Shown here: piece after piece, positions 27,285 to 40,753 of the stretch
Position numbering within the stretch: the first letter of the stretch is position 1
Layout of the letters: each line of letters starts with the position of its first letter
NCBI GenBank assembly: GCA_951406725.2
Contig: OX597839.1
Location: 1,054,001-1,118,000, forward strand
DNA: 64,000 bases
Source: Octopus vulgaris
Lineage: Eukaryota
Reading direction: 5' to 3'
The notes under the pieces: model-generated
The model's input: the letters and a program-made list of their open reading frames with translations, nothing else
Database searches by the model: none
What the model was told of the DNA's origin: nothing
Program-made: the position numbers and the translations under genes

Positions 27285-27676
27285 AGGCGCAAGAGTGGCT
27301 GTGTGGTAAGTAGCTTGCTTACCAACCACATGGTTCCGGGTTCAGTCCCACTGCGTGACCCCTTGGGCAAATGTCATCTACTATAGCCTCGGGCCGACCA
27401 ATGCCTTGTGAGTGGATTTGGTAGACGGAAACTGAAAGAATATATATGCATATGTATGTATATATATATATGGGTGTGTCTGTGTGTGTCTGTGTGTGTC
27501 CCCCTAGTATTGCTTGACAACCGATGCTGGTGTGTTTACGTCCTCGTCACCTAGTGGTTCGGCAAAAAAGACCGATAGAATAAGTACTAGGCTTACAAAG
27601 AATAAGTCTCGGGGTCGATTTGCTCGACTAAAGGCGGTGCTCCAGCATGACCGCAATCAAATGACTGAAACAAGAA
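27285..27676 (+). mobile_element. tRNA-derived SINE (ggcgcaggagtggctgtgtggtaag family)
   Basis: A/B boxes, internal microsatellite; other copies at about 30005-30416(-), 32310-32758(+), 38943-39320(+), 48360-48757(+), 49370-49757(-). Confidence 0.85.
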
Positions 27677-27844
27677 AAAAAAATATATATATATATATAT
27701 ATATTATTTATATATAATCAAAGTAAGCAACAAGAATATTTTCGGTAATTCGGTTACTTTGTTGCTTACTTTGATTATAATCACCCCATGGATTTATAAG
27801 AATAATACCATACAAAATTCTGGTGCATCCGACTTAAGTACCGT

Positions 27845-27906
<62 letters not shown>

Positions 27907-28025
27907 GTATGTATGTATGCATATATATGTGTATATATATATATATATATACATACATACATGCATACATACATACATACAAACATACATACATACATAC
28001 ATACATACATACATACATACATACA

Positions 28026-28061
<36 letters not shown>

Positions 28062-28977
28062 TTGTTACTTGCACATGAGTAATGTTGTTAAAAAATAAAA
28101 ATTAAGAACCATAAGTTTTTACATAATCCTGCATTTATTTCATTTAAAATCATTAAGAAGCATGTTGCTGATCTTTTTAATGGTAACATTATCATCATTC
28201 CAATTAATTATCTATTGATTTCCTTATATAAAATATCACACCAAATTATTGGCTTTGGATTACAAATATATCTCAAAAGATACTCGAGAACAATTCATGC
28301 ATGACCAGCAAATAAACTGAGGTAACGTTCCCATGGTCAGAATCTGAGACCAAATTTTCAGATTATATGCCAACATATATGGTATACACATGCATTCATG
28401 CACATGTACATATATAAAACTATATAATGTGTTTTAAATGAAATTGCAATCATGAAATGGCAAAACCCACATTTGAAACCCTATGTACATTCATATACAT
28501 CAAGAAAGCTATGAAGAGGACTAGCCTCACACGTTTTCTTTCATTTGTCTCCATAAAAAGAATACTTACAGAAAATATAAAGGAGCACTTATATATAAAC
28601 TGTTTTATTAAGTCATTCATTTATCATTAATAATATCGGTTATGTAAGAAAAAACTTCATAAAGATTATATTATAAACCTGCATTTAAGATATACAACAG
28701 TGCGTTAAATTTGTTATAATATCATCGACTACGTTTATCAAAACTACTATTGTTAATTATCACCTAATATAATATTTGCTATTCTAAAAATCCGGTGATC
28801 AAATTAATAATTTTCATATGTTTTATAGGCATTTTGCCTTTATATTAAATATATTTTATATATATTTTACATTTAATCTGAATATATTTATATTTTGTAT
28901 AGGAAACATTTTAAGAGAACAAATGATTTAAATTTAAATTTCACAATATCACGGTTAGCAAAGCAAATGGTATCTAT

Positions 28978-29159
28978 CTAGAACAGATTCAATTTCTTCT
29001 GAATTGGTTTACGGCATACATGGCACTCCTTCAAACGTTCTCCGCACTTTGTACAAACTGTGTGATCACAATCGAATGCCATATTACAAGAGCGATTCAA
29101 ACAAATTTTGCATGTAAACTTCGTTATCAAATTCACAACTCTCTCTTCCTGATCATCTT
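28978..29159 (-). CDS. MIB2: MIB2-like gene B terminal exon, C3HC4 RING
   Basis: cattccag acceptor, phase 1; DDQEERVVNLITKFTCKICLNRSCNMAFDCDHTVCTKCGERLKECHVCRKPIQKKLNLF then stop. Confidence 0.85.
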
Positions 29160-29329
29160 CTGGAATGACAAATATGCAAGAAATATTCACATCTGAATGT
29201 ACACATTACATACTACCAATGTATGTATGTATGTATGTATGTATGTATGTATGTATGTATGTATGTATGTATGTATGTATGTATGTATGTATGTATGTAT
29301 GTATGTATGTATGTATGTATGTATGTATG

Positions 29330-29417
<88 letters not shown>

Positions 29418-29524
29418 TAAGTAGTCATTTGCATACAACAATACTTTGGAAGTTATGATGGAAAATATTGGAAATCAAAACTGAAGGAAAATAAGTTTTA
29501 ATGAACAAAAATAAAATATTGGTT

Positions 29525-29644
29525 ACATTTTACTTCTACTGCTAGCTATAGGCTCATTACACAGCAAGCACTTTTTGAATGGAACTTTTTTGCTGCAGTT
29601 GTCACAGATTAACATATGACTGCATGGCTGGAATAATATTGTGG
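29525..29644 (-). pseudogene. Partial duplicate of the RING1 exon
   Basis: TILFQPCSHMLICDNCSKKVPFKKCLLCNEPIA parallels 31435-31236; first CxxC and acceptor missing; donor shifted. Confidence 0.75.
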
Positions 29645-31235
29645 ATTTTGGAAACACTCGACCTAAACTTCCATGGATATATCCAGCAAAGGCCAGCCAA
29701 GTATGTGAGAGGAATCCACTCTCAGAGAAATTCAACTGTTCTCAGACATACTCATGTATGATCAGGCATGCTCCAATCTCTGGTCCTGTCACTCACACTG
29801 ATTAGTTTATGATTACAATAACGGTCTCTGTTTCCCGGAGTGAACTGAAGTCATGTCATCACTCAGTTATTCCAGTCCCACTGGCTCTCCGCTTCTTGTC
29901 ACCCTCAATATATCCAACTCCAGACCCGGAACTAATTACCATAAACCAGCATTCATTCCCAGAATGCTGAACCTTGAAAGACCGCTCTTTGTTTATAACC
30001 GTCCTACTCTTTTACTCTTTTACTTGTTTCAGTCATTTGACTGCGGCCATGCTGGAGCACCGCCTTTAGTCGAGCAAATCGACCCTGGGACTTATTCTTT
30101 GTAAGCCCAGTACTTATTCTATCGGTCTCTTTTGCCGAACCGCTAAGTGACGGGGACGTAAACACACTAGCTTCGGTTGTCAAGCAATGCTAGGGGGACA
30201 AACACAGACACAAAAACATATACACATACATATATATATATATACATATATACGACAGGCTTCTTTCATTTTCCGTCTACCAAATCCACTCACAAAGCAT
30301 TGGTCGGCCCGGAGCTATAGCAGAAGACACTTGCCCAAGATGCCACGCAGTGGGACTGAACCCGCAACCATGTGGTTGGTTAGCAAGCTACTTACCACAC
30401 AGCCACTCCTGCGCCTATCCTGTAGATAATAATTTACAAACTTTCAAGGAGCATCAGTTTCACTCGTCTTGGTGCATTTGCAATAGTCATGGGTACTGTT
30501 TCTTTTTTCTTCCAGATGCAGCAAGTAATAAAAATATCGATGAGTAGTCAGTCATGAAACATTCATCAACCAGACTTACAACTATTCAACCAAGTTCTCG
30601 TTGTGTGAAGTATTGAAGCAGATAAATATGTTTCTTTATTAGCCACACAGGGCTGCACACAGACGGGACAGATTACAAAGTAGAACTTTTCTTTTTGGGG
30701 GAGAGAAAAAAAAAGGGTGGGGTAGGTTTTCGATCAAAAGGGATCGTAAAAGGGAAAGAAAAATAAAAAAATAGGGGGGAAAAAACGATCAATAGAGATC
30801 GTGTATCACAGTGTCATGATGTAAAGTGTAAAGGGAGAAGCAGCTAAGGTTTATCCGTGGGAAGACAAGCCGAATGAGCTTAACATATAGAGAGACAGAC
30901 AGACTGATAGATGGAGGGAGGGAGGGGCAGGCATAGATATAAAGTGCTTAACACAGAGAAACATATAGAGAGGTAGGTGAGCAAAATGGTTAATAGAAAA
31001 ACAAACAGAATGACAGTGAATGAGATTGAATGGTAGATAAATGAACTGGAAAATTGATGGAGAACCAGTCAGACAAATATTGACAGAGAGAGACAAGGAA
31101 ACAAAGCAACAGATTAATCGTTTGGCTGAGAGTTAAAGAAGGTGGTAGGCAGAAAAATGGGATAATTAATAGGCAAAGTAACATTAACACACAAAGAAAC
31201 TCATAGTGTACATATAAAAAAAAAATTTTGCTTAC

Positions 31236-31435
31236 GAATTTTAAATTTGTTAGCTATAGGCTCATTACACTGCAAGCAGTTTTCGATTGGAATAATTTTG
31301 TTGCAGTTGTCGCAGATCAACACATGACTGCATGGCTGGAATAATATAGTGGCCTGTTCCTCAGAACACAGCAAACAATCTCTGGTATTACTTTGTGGTT
31401 CAGCAGTATGTTCCTCCTTAGACTGTTCAGTTGTG
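31236..31435 (-). CDS. MIB2: MIB2-like gene B penultimate exon, RING
   Basis: cctttttccatag acceptor, gtaagc donor, phase 2/1; TTEQSKEEHTAEPQSNTRDCLLCSEEQATILFQPCSHVLICDNCNKIIPIENCLQCNEPIANKFKI joins 29159 in frame. Confidence 0.85.
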
Positions 31436-32087
31436 CTATGGAAAAAGGAAAAACACAGAGTAATCAGTTAAGGAGAGAATATTTACAAAAGCAGACCAAC
31501 TAACTAAATATATATCATATATCATACACATTAAATATTATAGCTTATAGTAAAGTTAGTATATATATGAAGCTGTACATACATATGTATCATAGAGAGT
31601 TCATGCTTGTAAAAAACAAAAGTTTGTTACTGCCTTAATACAAAAGGAAACTTTACCAAGATTAGATCTCTCATTGAGAATAATTTTATTTCTTCCTCAG
31701 ATGCCATTCCTGCTTTAAAAAAGTAAGGAGGAATTACAACCGTGTTTCGTGGTCTGCTGCCACAACAGCTCCTTTATAGGATCCAGTAAACTCAAGACAT
31801 CATCAGGAGGAACCACGCCCGGTTTCGGCCCCTACTCCTCCACCGTTTTGACGTGGCGGCCCACCCCTTTCGGAGGTGTCTTCAGCCCTGGTGTTGGGTG
31901 CATGTCTTCTTTCTTCTTCTTTCTTCTGTTCCCTGGCCTCTTCGATGTATCGTCAGCGAGTGTCAGCCGGTGACTGACTGACTTGTCAAAGTTTTCCTCA
32001 TAGAATAAAAGCATAATTTTTGGATTCAAATCTGAAACTTAATCGAGAAGCAATGAGTTTATGTTGCCATTGTCCTTCCATACTTAC

Positions 32088-32258
32088 AACATTGAGGCAA
32101 GTTTCACCAGTTTCTCTATTGATGATTGGTCACGAGATGTCCAATGGCATAACATTTTGGTGGTTTCAGTGATAAATGTCTGCACCTTTTTGTACTAAAT
32201 AACCAGCTATGACCTCCCAAGGGAGTTCATCTCCACCTAAACCGAGATGAATGCTAAT
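32088..32258 (-). pseudogene. MIB2: MIB2-like gene B last-ankyrin exon, disrupted
   Basis: Strong acceptor and gtaagt donor; EVIAGYLVQKGADIYH*NHQNVMPLDI with TGA at 32168-32166; a frameshift is needed to reach the phase-2 donor. Confidence 0.75.
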
Positions 32259-32473
32259 CTGTACAAGTAAGGAAAATAGAAAGAAACAAATTGTTAGAAT
32301 AAAACCAATAGGCGCAGGAATGGCAGTGTGGCAAGTAGCTTGCTAACCAACCACATGGTTCCGGGTTCAGTCCCACTGCGTGGCATCTTGGGCAAGTGTC
32401 TTCTGCTATAGCCCCCGAGCCGACCAATGCCTTGTGAGTGGATTTGGTAGACGGAAACTGAAAGAAGCCTGTC

Positions 32474-32523
<50 letters not shown>

Positions 32524-32976
32524 GTGTTTGTGTGTCTGTGTTTGTCCCCCTAGCATTGCTTGACAATCGATGCTGGTGTGTTTATGACCCCGTTACTTAG
32601 CGGTTCGGCAAAAAAGACCGATAGAATAAGTACTGGGCTTACAAAAAGAATAAGTCCCGGGGTCGAGTTGCTCGACTAAAGGCGGTGCTCCAGCATGGCC
32701 GCAGTCAAATGACTGAAACAAGTAAAAGAGTAAAACAGTAAAACAGTAAAAGAGTAAGAGGGTTCAGGGGAAGGTTGCTTTGAAACTGAAATCTCGTCTG
32801 TTTGTATGTTTGTGCAGTTGACCCATTTCAAACCCGTTGCTGTCCAGAGTCAGGGTTCTATCCAAATAGGTCAAGGTTGATGTTACTGTTTTGGCATGCC
32901 TGTTTGCGTATTGTAGTAGCTGGGTACTTGACCACCTCGTATACCCTTATATCCCTCCAAACTCACAGACTATACA

Positions 32977-33025
<49 letters not shown>

Positions 33026-33032
33026 TGGAGTA

Positions 33033-33086
33033 AACAAAAACTGTCCGACGAACGGGGATGTGAAACTCAGAGTAACAGGTTTTGTT
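33033..33086 (+). ncRNA. Minimal hammerhead ribozyme with one core substitution
   Basis: Stem I aacaaaa.ctgt/acag.ttttgtt; CCGACGA (consensus CTGANGA); short stem II; GAAA; CTC-a-GAG; GTA; island within (TA)n. Confidence 0.65.
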
Positions 33087-33111
33087 GAATTTCTGCTGCT
33101 TTGAAATAAAG

Positions 33112-33217
<106 letters not shown>

Positions 33218-33378
33218 GTGACGTATATTTGCCATTTGAATATGGCTAACCCCCAAGGGTGGATGCTACTGTAGTTTGTAGCCCCAGGAAGTTGAAGACG
33301 GAAAGGTTGACTTCCCTTCACAAATACTGATAGGGCACAGAAAGTGTATACGTAATGGTGCTGAAATGTTGCTGGATA

Positions 33379-33507
33379 TGGTGGTGGTGGCGGTGGCCGT
33401 GGTGGCGGTGGTGGCGGTGGTGGCGGTGGTGGCGGTGGTGGCGGTGGTGGTGGTGGTGGTGGTGGTGGTGGTGGTGGTGGTGGTGGTGGTGGTGGTGGTG
33501 GCGGTGG
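33379..33507. repeat. (GGT/GGC)n microsatellite
   Basis: Directly visible. Confidence 0.95.
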
Positions 33508-33642
33508 ATCAGTTATGAATATATTCAACATATTCCCCTCTCTGGCTGCATTGGTTGTCACATTTTACTGCTTTTCCTGCATGTCTATCCCTTTTTTGCA
33601 TCAGGAACATCGTTGGTATTTTCTCTTACTGGATTGCAAACG

Positions 33643-36430
33643 CTCCACCACCACCATAGCCACCGTAACCACCACCACCTTCACCACAGCCATCACCGCT
33701 ACCGCCAACAACGCCACCGCCACCACCACATCCACCACCATAACCACCATACCCACCGGCCCCAACTCCACCACCACTATAGCCACCGTCACCACCACCA
33801 AAATCACCACAGCCACCACCACCACCGCCACCACCACATCACCCAACACCACATCCACCACCACCACCAGAGCCACCGCCCCAACCTTCACCACCACCAT
33901 AGACACCGCCCCCACCTCCACCAACACCATAGCCACATTCACCACCGCCACCATTACTACAGCCAACACCGCCACCTCCAAAAACGCCGACGCCATCACT
34001 ACATCCACCACCACCACCGCCAACACCACATCCACCACCACCAACACAGCCACCACCCCCACCTCCACCACCACCATAGCCACACTCACCACCACCACCA
34101 TCAACACTGCCACCACCGCCACCGCCAACAAGACCACCACCACCACTACATCCACACCCACCGCCCCCACCTCCATCACCACCATAGCCACCAACGTCAC
34201 CGCCACCATCACCACAGCCACCACCACCACCGCCAACAACGCCACCGCAACCACCACATCCACCACCACAACCATAGCCACCGCCCCCACCTCCACCACC
34301 ATCATAGCCACCGTCACTACAACCACCACCTTATCCATCACCGCCACCACCAAAGCCACCAGCCCCACCTCCACCACCACCATAGCCACCTTCACCACCG
34401 CCACCCTCACCACATCCACCACCGTCAACACCACATCCACAACCACCACTATAGCCACCGCACCCACCTCACCACCACCATAGCCACCGTCACCACCGCC
34501 AACATCACCACAGCCACCACCGCCACCACAAACAACCCCACCGTCACCACCACCACCAACAACCCCACCGCCACCACCACATCAACCACCACCACCATAA
34601 CAACCAGCCCCACCTCCACCACCACTATAGCCACCTTCACCACCACCACCAACACCACAGCCACCACTGTCACCGCCATCAACTCCACCGCCACCACCGT
34701 AGCCAACACCGCCACCGCCAACAACGCCACCGCCACCACCACATCAACCACCACCACCACCAAAGACACTGTCCCCACCTCCAACACCACCATAGCCACC
34801 GTAACCACCGCCACCATCACTACAGCCACCACCGCCACCGCCAACAATTCCACCACCACCATCATAGCCACCGACCCCACCTCCACCACTACCATAGCCA
34901 CCGTCACCACCACCATCATCACCACAGCCACCACCGCCACCTCCAACAACGCCACCGCCCTCACCACATCCACCACCACCACCAACATAGCCAGCCTCAC
35001 CACCACACCGCCAACAACACCACCACCACCACTATAGCCACATTCACCACCGTCACCGCTAACAACGCCACCGCCAACACCACCACCATAGCCACCGCCC
35101 TCACCTCACCACCACCATATCCACCACCACCACCACCAAAGCCACCGCCCCTACCACCACCACCAATTCCATCACCACCACCACCAAAGCCACCGCCCCA
35201 CCTCCGCCACCACCATAGCCACCTTCATCATCGCCACCATCACCACAACCACCACCGCCAACTCAAACAATGCCACCGCCCCCACCACACCCTGCACCAC
35301 CATCACTATAGCCACCGTCACCATCCCCACCATCACCACAGCCACCACCGCCACCATCAACAATTCCACCGCCACCACCATAGCCACCGCCTCCACCTCC
35401 ACTACCACCATAGCCACCATCACCACAACCACAGCTACCGCCCCCAACTCCACCACTACAATTCGCTACCGTCACCATCATCACCATCACCACGGACACC
35501 ACCCCCACCGCCACCACCATATCCACCCCATATCCACCACCCTAGCCACCTTCACCACCACTATAGCCACCGTCATCACCGCTACCATCACCACATCCAC
35601 CACCGCCACTGCTAACAACGCCACCGCCACCACCTCACCCACCACCACTACCATCATAGCCACCACCTCTACCTCCAGCACCAGATCCACCACCACCACC
35701 ATAGCCACCGCCCCCAACTCCACCGACACCATAGCCACCGTCACCACCGCCACCATCACCACCACCTTCGCCACAGCCAACAACGCCACCGCCACCACCA
35801 CAACCACCACCACCACCATATCCACCGTCACCACCGCCAAAACCACCTCCACCACCACAACCAAAGCCACCGCTCCTACCTCCACAACCACCATAGCCAC
35901 CGTCACCACCGCCACTCTCACCACAGGCACTACCGCCACCGCGAACAACGTCACCGCCATCCACCACATCCACCACCACCACCACCAGAGCCACCGCCCC
36001 CATCTCCACGACCACTATAACCACCGTCCCCACCGCCACCATCACCACAGCCAACACTGTCACCGCCAACAATGCCACCGCCACCACCACATCCACCACA
36101 ACCACCATAGCCACCGTCAACACCGCCACCATCACCACAGCCGCCACCGCCACCGCCAACAACCACAGCGCCACATCCACCACCGCCCCTAACGTAACCA
36201 CCGCCACCATCACCACAGCGACCACCGCCACCGCCAACAACACCACTACCACCACATTCTCCACCATAGCCACCGCTCCCACCCCCACCACCACCATAGC
36301 TACCGTCACCACCATCACCATCACCACATCCACCACCACCACCGCCAGCACCCCCACCACCACCTCTAACATAGCCATTGTAAGCACCGCCACCATCACC
36401 ACAGCCACCACCGCCACAGCCACCACTGTT
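33643..36430. repeat. Degenerate (ACC)-based minisatellite with a higher-order unit of about 120 bp
   Basis: Recurring ccccacctccaccaccaccatagccaccgtcaccaccgcc..aacaacgccacc; several frameshifts. Confidence 0.9.
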
Positions 36431-36483
36431 ACTTCGCTTGATGTAGGAGGGAAGAAGGGGAGGAGCAAGACAGGTGCAGGTGC

Positions 36484-36836
36484 AAAGCTACCTTTCGGTC
36501 TTTGGTTGATTAAAATGTGCGCATAGTACAAGGGCACAAGCAGCTGTGTGGGGGTGTTTCAGCAGCACTTCGCCCAACTTGTTGGGATGGATGGCAGTCC
36601 GAAACACAGAGTGGACTGCAGTGCCTACTTCGACGGTATGCCACAACTCTCAGAAAGTGGGGCACTATGTTACTAATTGCCAATAACAACTGCAAAAACA
36701 CGGGAAACTCAGCGGCATTTGGCCGAAATGTGCACGACGCCAATTTAAACATCTTAGAAGGACTTGAATCAGAGTATGGTGACCTTGTTTTCTTCTGTGC
36801 AGTTTCATTGCTAAGCAAAGGGAAGATGCTTCAACG

Positions 36837-36924
<88 letters not shown>

Positions 36925-38239
36925 CTTTTTTTTATAATTATGAGTATAATTATAAGGGTTCGGCAAAAAAAATTTGCTTCACCACAGACCTAACTTTAGA
37001 AATAGCAGCCAAAGATCCTGGCTATTTCTTCTACGATAAGAATCAGTACCCTCCAACATATATATATATATATATATACCTATATATAGATATACCTATA
37101 TATAAATATATATGTACATATGTTTGTATGCATGTATGTATGTATGTATGTATGTATGTATGTATGTATGAAAGTGTGTGTGTGTGCATTTGTATGTATA
37201 TATATATATATTCTTACGTGCATACATATATACTTACATGAAATTAGAATACTCAATTCGAATGAGAACTGGTGACCGGTCAGTGTTGGTAAGGATCTCC
37301 ATATCATCACTTTTGTGAAGTATGTTAATATCACCGTGTTTGTATCTCTCAAAAGAAACAAAAATTATCCAAAAATTTGATCCCTACAAATGCCATTTTC
37401 TTCATAGGTGGTTCCACCAGGTTTAGCTGATTTCTTTCCTTCCTACTGATTCCATTGAAGAACACAAGAGACAAAGCTTGCAATTCACAGAGGAATTGAA
37501 AGTTATGACAATGTTATCAGTTGTATATGCACAGCAAACTTGCTTGACCCCTTCGTAATAGCATAACATTTATTAAGATTAAATTAACCCCTGAATATTA
37601 GTTTAACCCGTTGACAGGAGCTTAACCAGCTAACGTTAATTTAATCCTTGAATATTAGATTTACTGCTTAGCATTAGCTTAACACCTGAACATTAGTTTA
37701 AACCTTTAGCATTAGCTTAACCCCTGAACATTAATTTAAACTCTAAGCATTAGCTTAACCCTTTAGCATTAACTTAACCCCTTAGCATTAGCTTAACTCC
37801 TTAGCAATAGCTTAACCCCTTAGCAAAGTGAATACATATACTTTTACCTTGTTTTCAAATAGATAACGATAACACATATTGCATCGCCCCAAACAATCAA
37901 GCGTGCACAGAGTTTTTAGCCCATACCTTGGTGACAGTTAATCGTGGATAGCGAGTATAAATCTAAATTTTAAATATTCCTCTGAATATAGACCAAATTT
38001 GTTTTTGAATCAAGCACGAAGAGATTTCAGCTCAATCAAATTTTTTCAACAATTTCTACAAAAGGTTTTCAGCATAAATTTTCGGAAAATATGCTCAAAA
38101 AGAAACAAAAAGATATTCAGTGAATCTTCTCAGCTTCAGAGAGATTTTGTATGAATGATGCAAGTTTTTCTAACCTTTTCGCTGAACTCACAAACTGACC
38201 GGTGAGAATAAAATGACCTGTTAATTTTCATCTCTATTC

Positions 38240-38278
<39 letters not shown>

Positions 38279-38314
38279 TACGTGTGTGTGTATATATGTT
38301 CGTTACCGGTAACA

Positions 38315-38387
<73 letters not shown>

Positions 38388-40122
38388 TTCTCTATCTCTC
38401 TCTCTGCCTCTTTCTCTTCCTTCACAGATGCTACCCCTTACTTCCACTCCATCCCAACCCATTTCATACCTTTCACTTCTTTCATCCCTCAACCCCAACG
38501 CCATTTATTGCCCCCCATCAACACTCTGCAACACAACATTTTTCTTGTGCACCAAGAGTTTTTGTAACCAGAGATAAAAGAGTCAATACTTTTGGACACA
38601 CCTGCATACATGAGTCTGTCTCCAGTTTATTTCTCCATAGGGAATTAAGGTGGCATTGCTTTCACTACTGACCATTTCTCTATTGGTATACTAAACATAA
38701 CCCCAGGCATGCCTCACCAAAATATTACCATGTCACACGTTGGGAATCACAGCTCTACCTAATTACTCATGGCTTTGGACAGTTGGACGGTCGGACTGAT
38801 GCGGCCAGGCATGACAATGTTTGTATTGTCGGAAGTGAGAGTTCGGTAGTTGAGTGAGAGGTACGTTGTTGACGATGGCACGCCATCCGAACGTGCGATA
38901 TAATTTATGCATTTTCAGGTTCAACCTGTTTCAAATAAGTACAGGTGCAGGAGTGGCTGTGTGGAGTAGTAGCTTGTTTACCAACCACATGGTTCTGGTT
39001 TCAGACCCCCAGCGTGGCACCTTGGGCAAGTGTCTTCTACTATAGCCTCGGGCCGACCAAAGCATTGTGAGTGGATTTGGTGGACGGAAACTGAAAGAAG
39101 CCCATCGTATATGTGTATATATATATATATATGTTTGTGTGTCTGTGTTTGCCCCCCTAGCATTGCTTGACAACCGATGCTGGTGTGTTTATGTCCCCGT
39201 CACTTAGTGGTTCGGCAAAAGAGACCGATAGAATAAGTCCTGGGGTTGAGTTGCTCGAATAAATGCGGTGCTCCAGCATGGCCGCAGTCAAATGACGGAA
39301 ACAAGTAAAAGAGCAAAAGAGATAAGACAGAGCTAATTCGATGGCCCATTAACTGAAGAAATGCCGTCGTGGGTTTCCGCCCCGACATCTGAAACTCGGA
39401 GTTTTATCATGGCTACCGAATAATTGTCAGATATTATATTTACTTATATATATTTAAACACATCACACGCGCGCACGCGCGGATGTTGCAACAGAGATGG
39501 TGAATCTCGTTGACTTTTTTTCCGTACACAGTTTGTGACAGATCATGACATTTTCGCTAGGCTCATATTCCATTCGCGGGCCCATGAGAAACAATCCTGC
39601 ACTAACAACTCTGCCTATATGTCTGTGTACACCTTTCAATGCCATGTATACCATAAGGTCTGCAAATCTAACGGAGGGCTCGAAAGACATTTTAAGATAC
39701 ACAAAGATCAGAATTTAACTGCAGGCCTTGGTGATCCAAATCAGATATGCAATCTATGTGGGTTTTAAGGAATTGTGTTTTTGAGAATGTGGATCTCGAA
39801 TCACATAGAGCTATGAATATTTAAATATAGGATTGTAAACTTTCTACGAGGTCCACTGTTCCAGAAAAGGATTATTTCATATACATATTCTTTTATTCTT
39901 TTCATTGCTTCAGTCAATTGATTGCGACCATGCTGGAGCACCGCCTTTAGTCGAACAGGATTTATTCTTTGTAAGCCCAGTACTTATTTTATCAGTCACT
40001 TTCGTAAACACACCTCATCGGTTGACATGCGATAGTGGGGGAAGAAACACAGACACACAACATACACACACACATTCGCGCGCATACACACATAGACACT
40101 CACGAACATATATAAAAATATG
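36484..40122 (+). repeat. Segmental duplication, copy 1 (direct copy at about 45648-49594)
   Basis: Same order of L1 scrap, hAT scrap, microsatellites, ttagcattagcttaacccc array, SINE and zinc-finger LINE tail. Confidence 0.9.
39480..39770 (+). mobile_element. LINE 3' fragment with C2H2-like motifs (copy at about 48950-49240)
   Basis: CHVYHKVCKSNGGLERHFKIHK; frameshifted, no exon structure seen. Confidence 0.5.
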
Positions 40123-40350
40123 TAAAGAAAGACAAAGAAAGAAATAAAAGTGAAATTGTGTTATCGGCTGCATCAGGTTTTAAAACTTTTATGGACCATG
40201 TAAGGAAAGATTTCATTTGATACTCAAATCTAAATATCTACGTTTATACAAATGACATCCTAATATAGAGTTACCTCATATTAATGGTTTTATGTTCATG
40301 AACACACACACACGCGCGGACACTTCCACCAAACCACGCCACACCAAACA

Positions 40351-40411
<61 letters not shown>

Positions 40412-40613
40412 GGATATGTATATATATAATAATAAATATTGGGGAATAAATCCAAATTTACAGGGAAAAGTCAGATTTAGGATTGAATCCAATTTTATAG
40501 CAAAATATAATATAATATTAATTAGAGACAAAACCACTATTATGCAAATCAAACAAAGAACGACTTAATCCAATACATAAAACATTTTATATAAATTAAA
40601 TAAATTAAGATAT

Positions 40614-40659
40614 CCACTACGATCGTTTCTTGTCTCTTCTAAGGACATTCATCAGGTGG
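40614..40659 (-). ncRNA. Minimal type I hammerhead ribozyme at the 3' end of a Penelope-like relic
   Basis: Minus: ccac-CTGATGA-atgtcc ttagaa gagacaa-GAAA-C gatc G-TA-gtgg; palindromic stem III ACGATCGT; mismatch at base of stem II. Confidence 0.75.
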
Positions 40660-40753
40660 TTTCCAGACCTAAAAATAATCAATATTTTTAAGATATAAAT
40701 TTGAAATGACTAAAATATATAAAAAATATAAAATTATCAATGAAAGAATATAT

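Noticed and set aside
33515-33640. Minus-strand AAREGN ankyrin-like scrap
   Set aside because: Too short, contains a stop, and has no clear splice sites
37238-37383. Possible minus-strand exon ending in a phase-2 GTAAGT donor compatible with RING1
   Set aside because: No polypyrimidine tract, no recognisable domain, and the duplicate near 46.5 kb differs by a 1-bp indel
39535-39768. C2H2 zinc-finger gene candidate
   Set aside because: Single degenerate finger, frameshifted; fits a LINE C-terminal tail better
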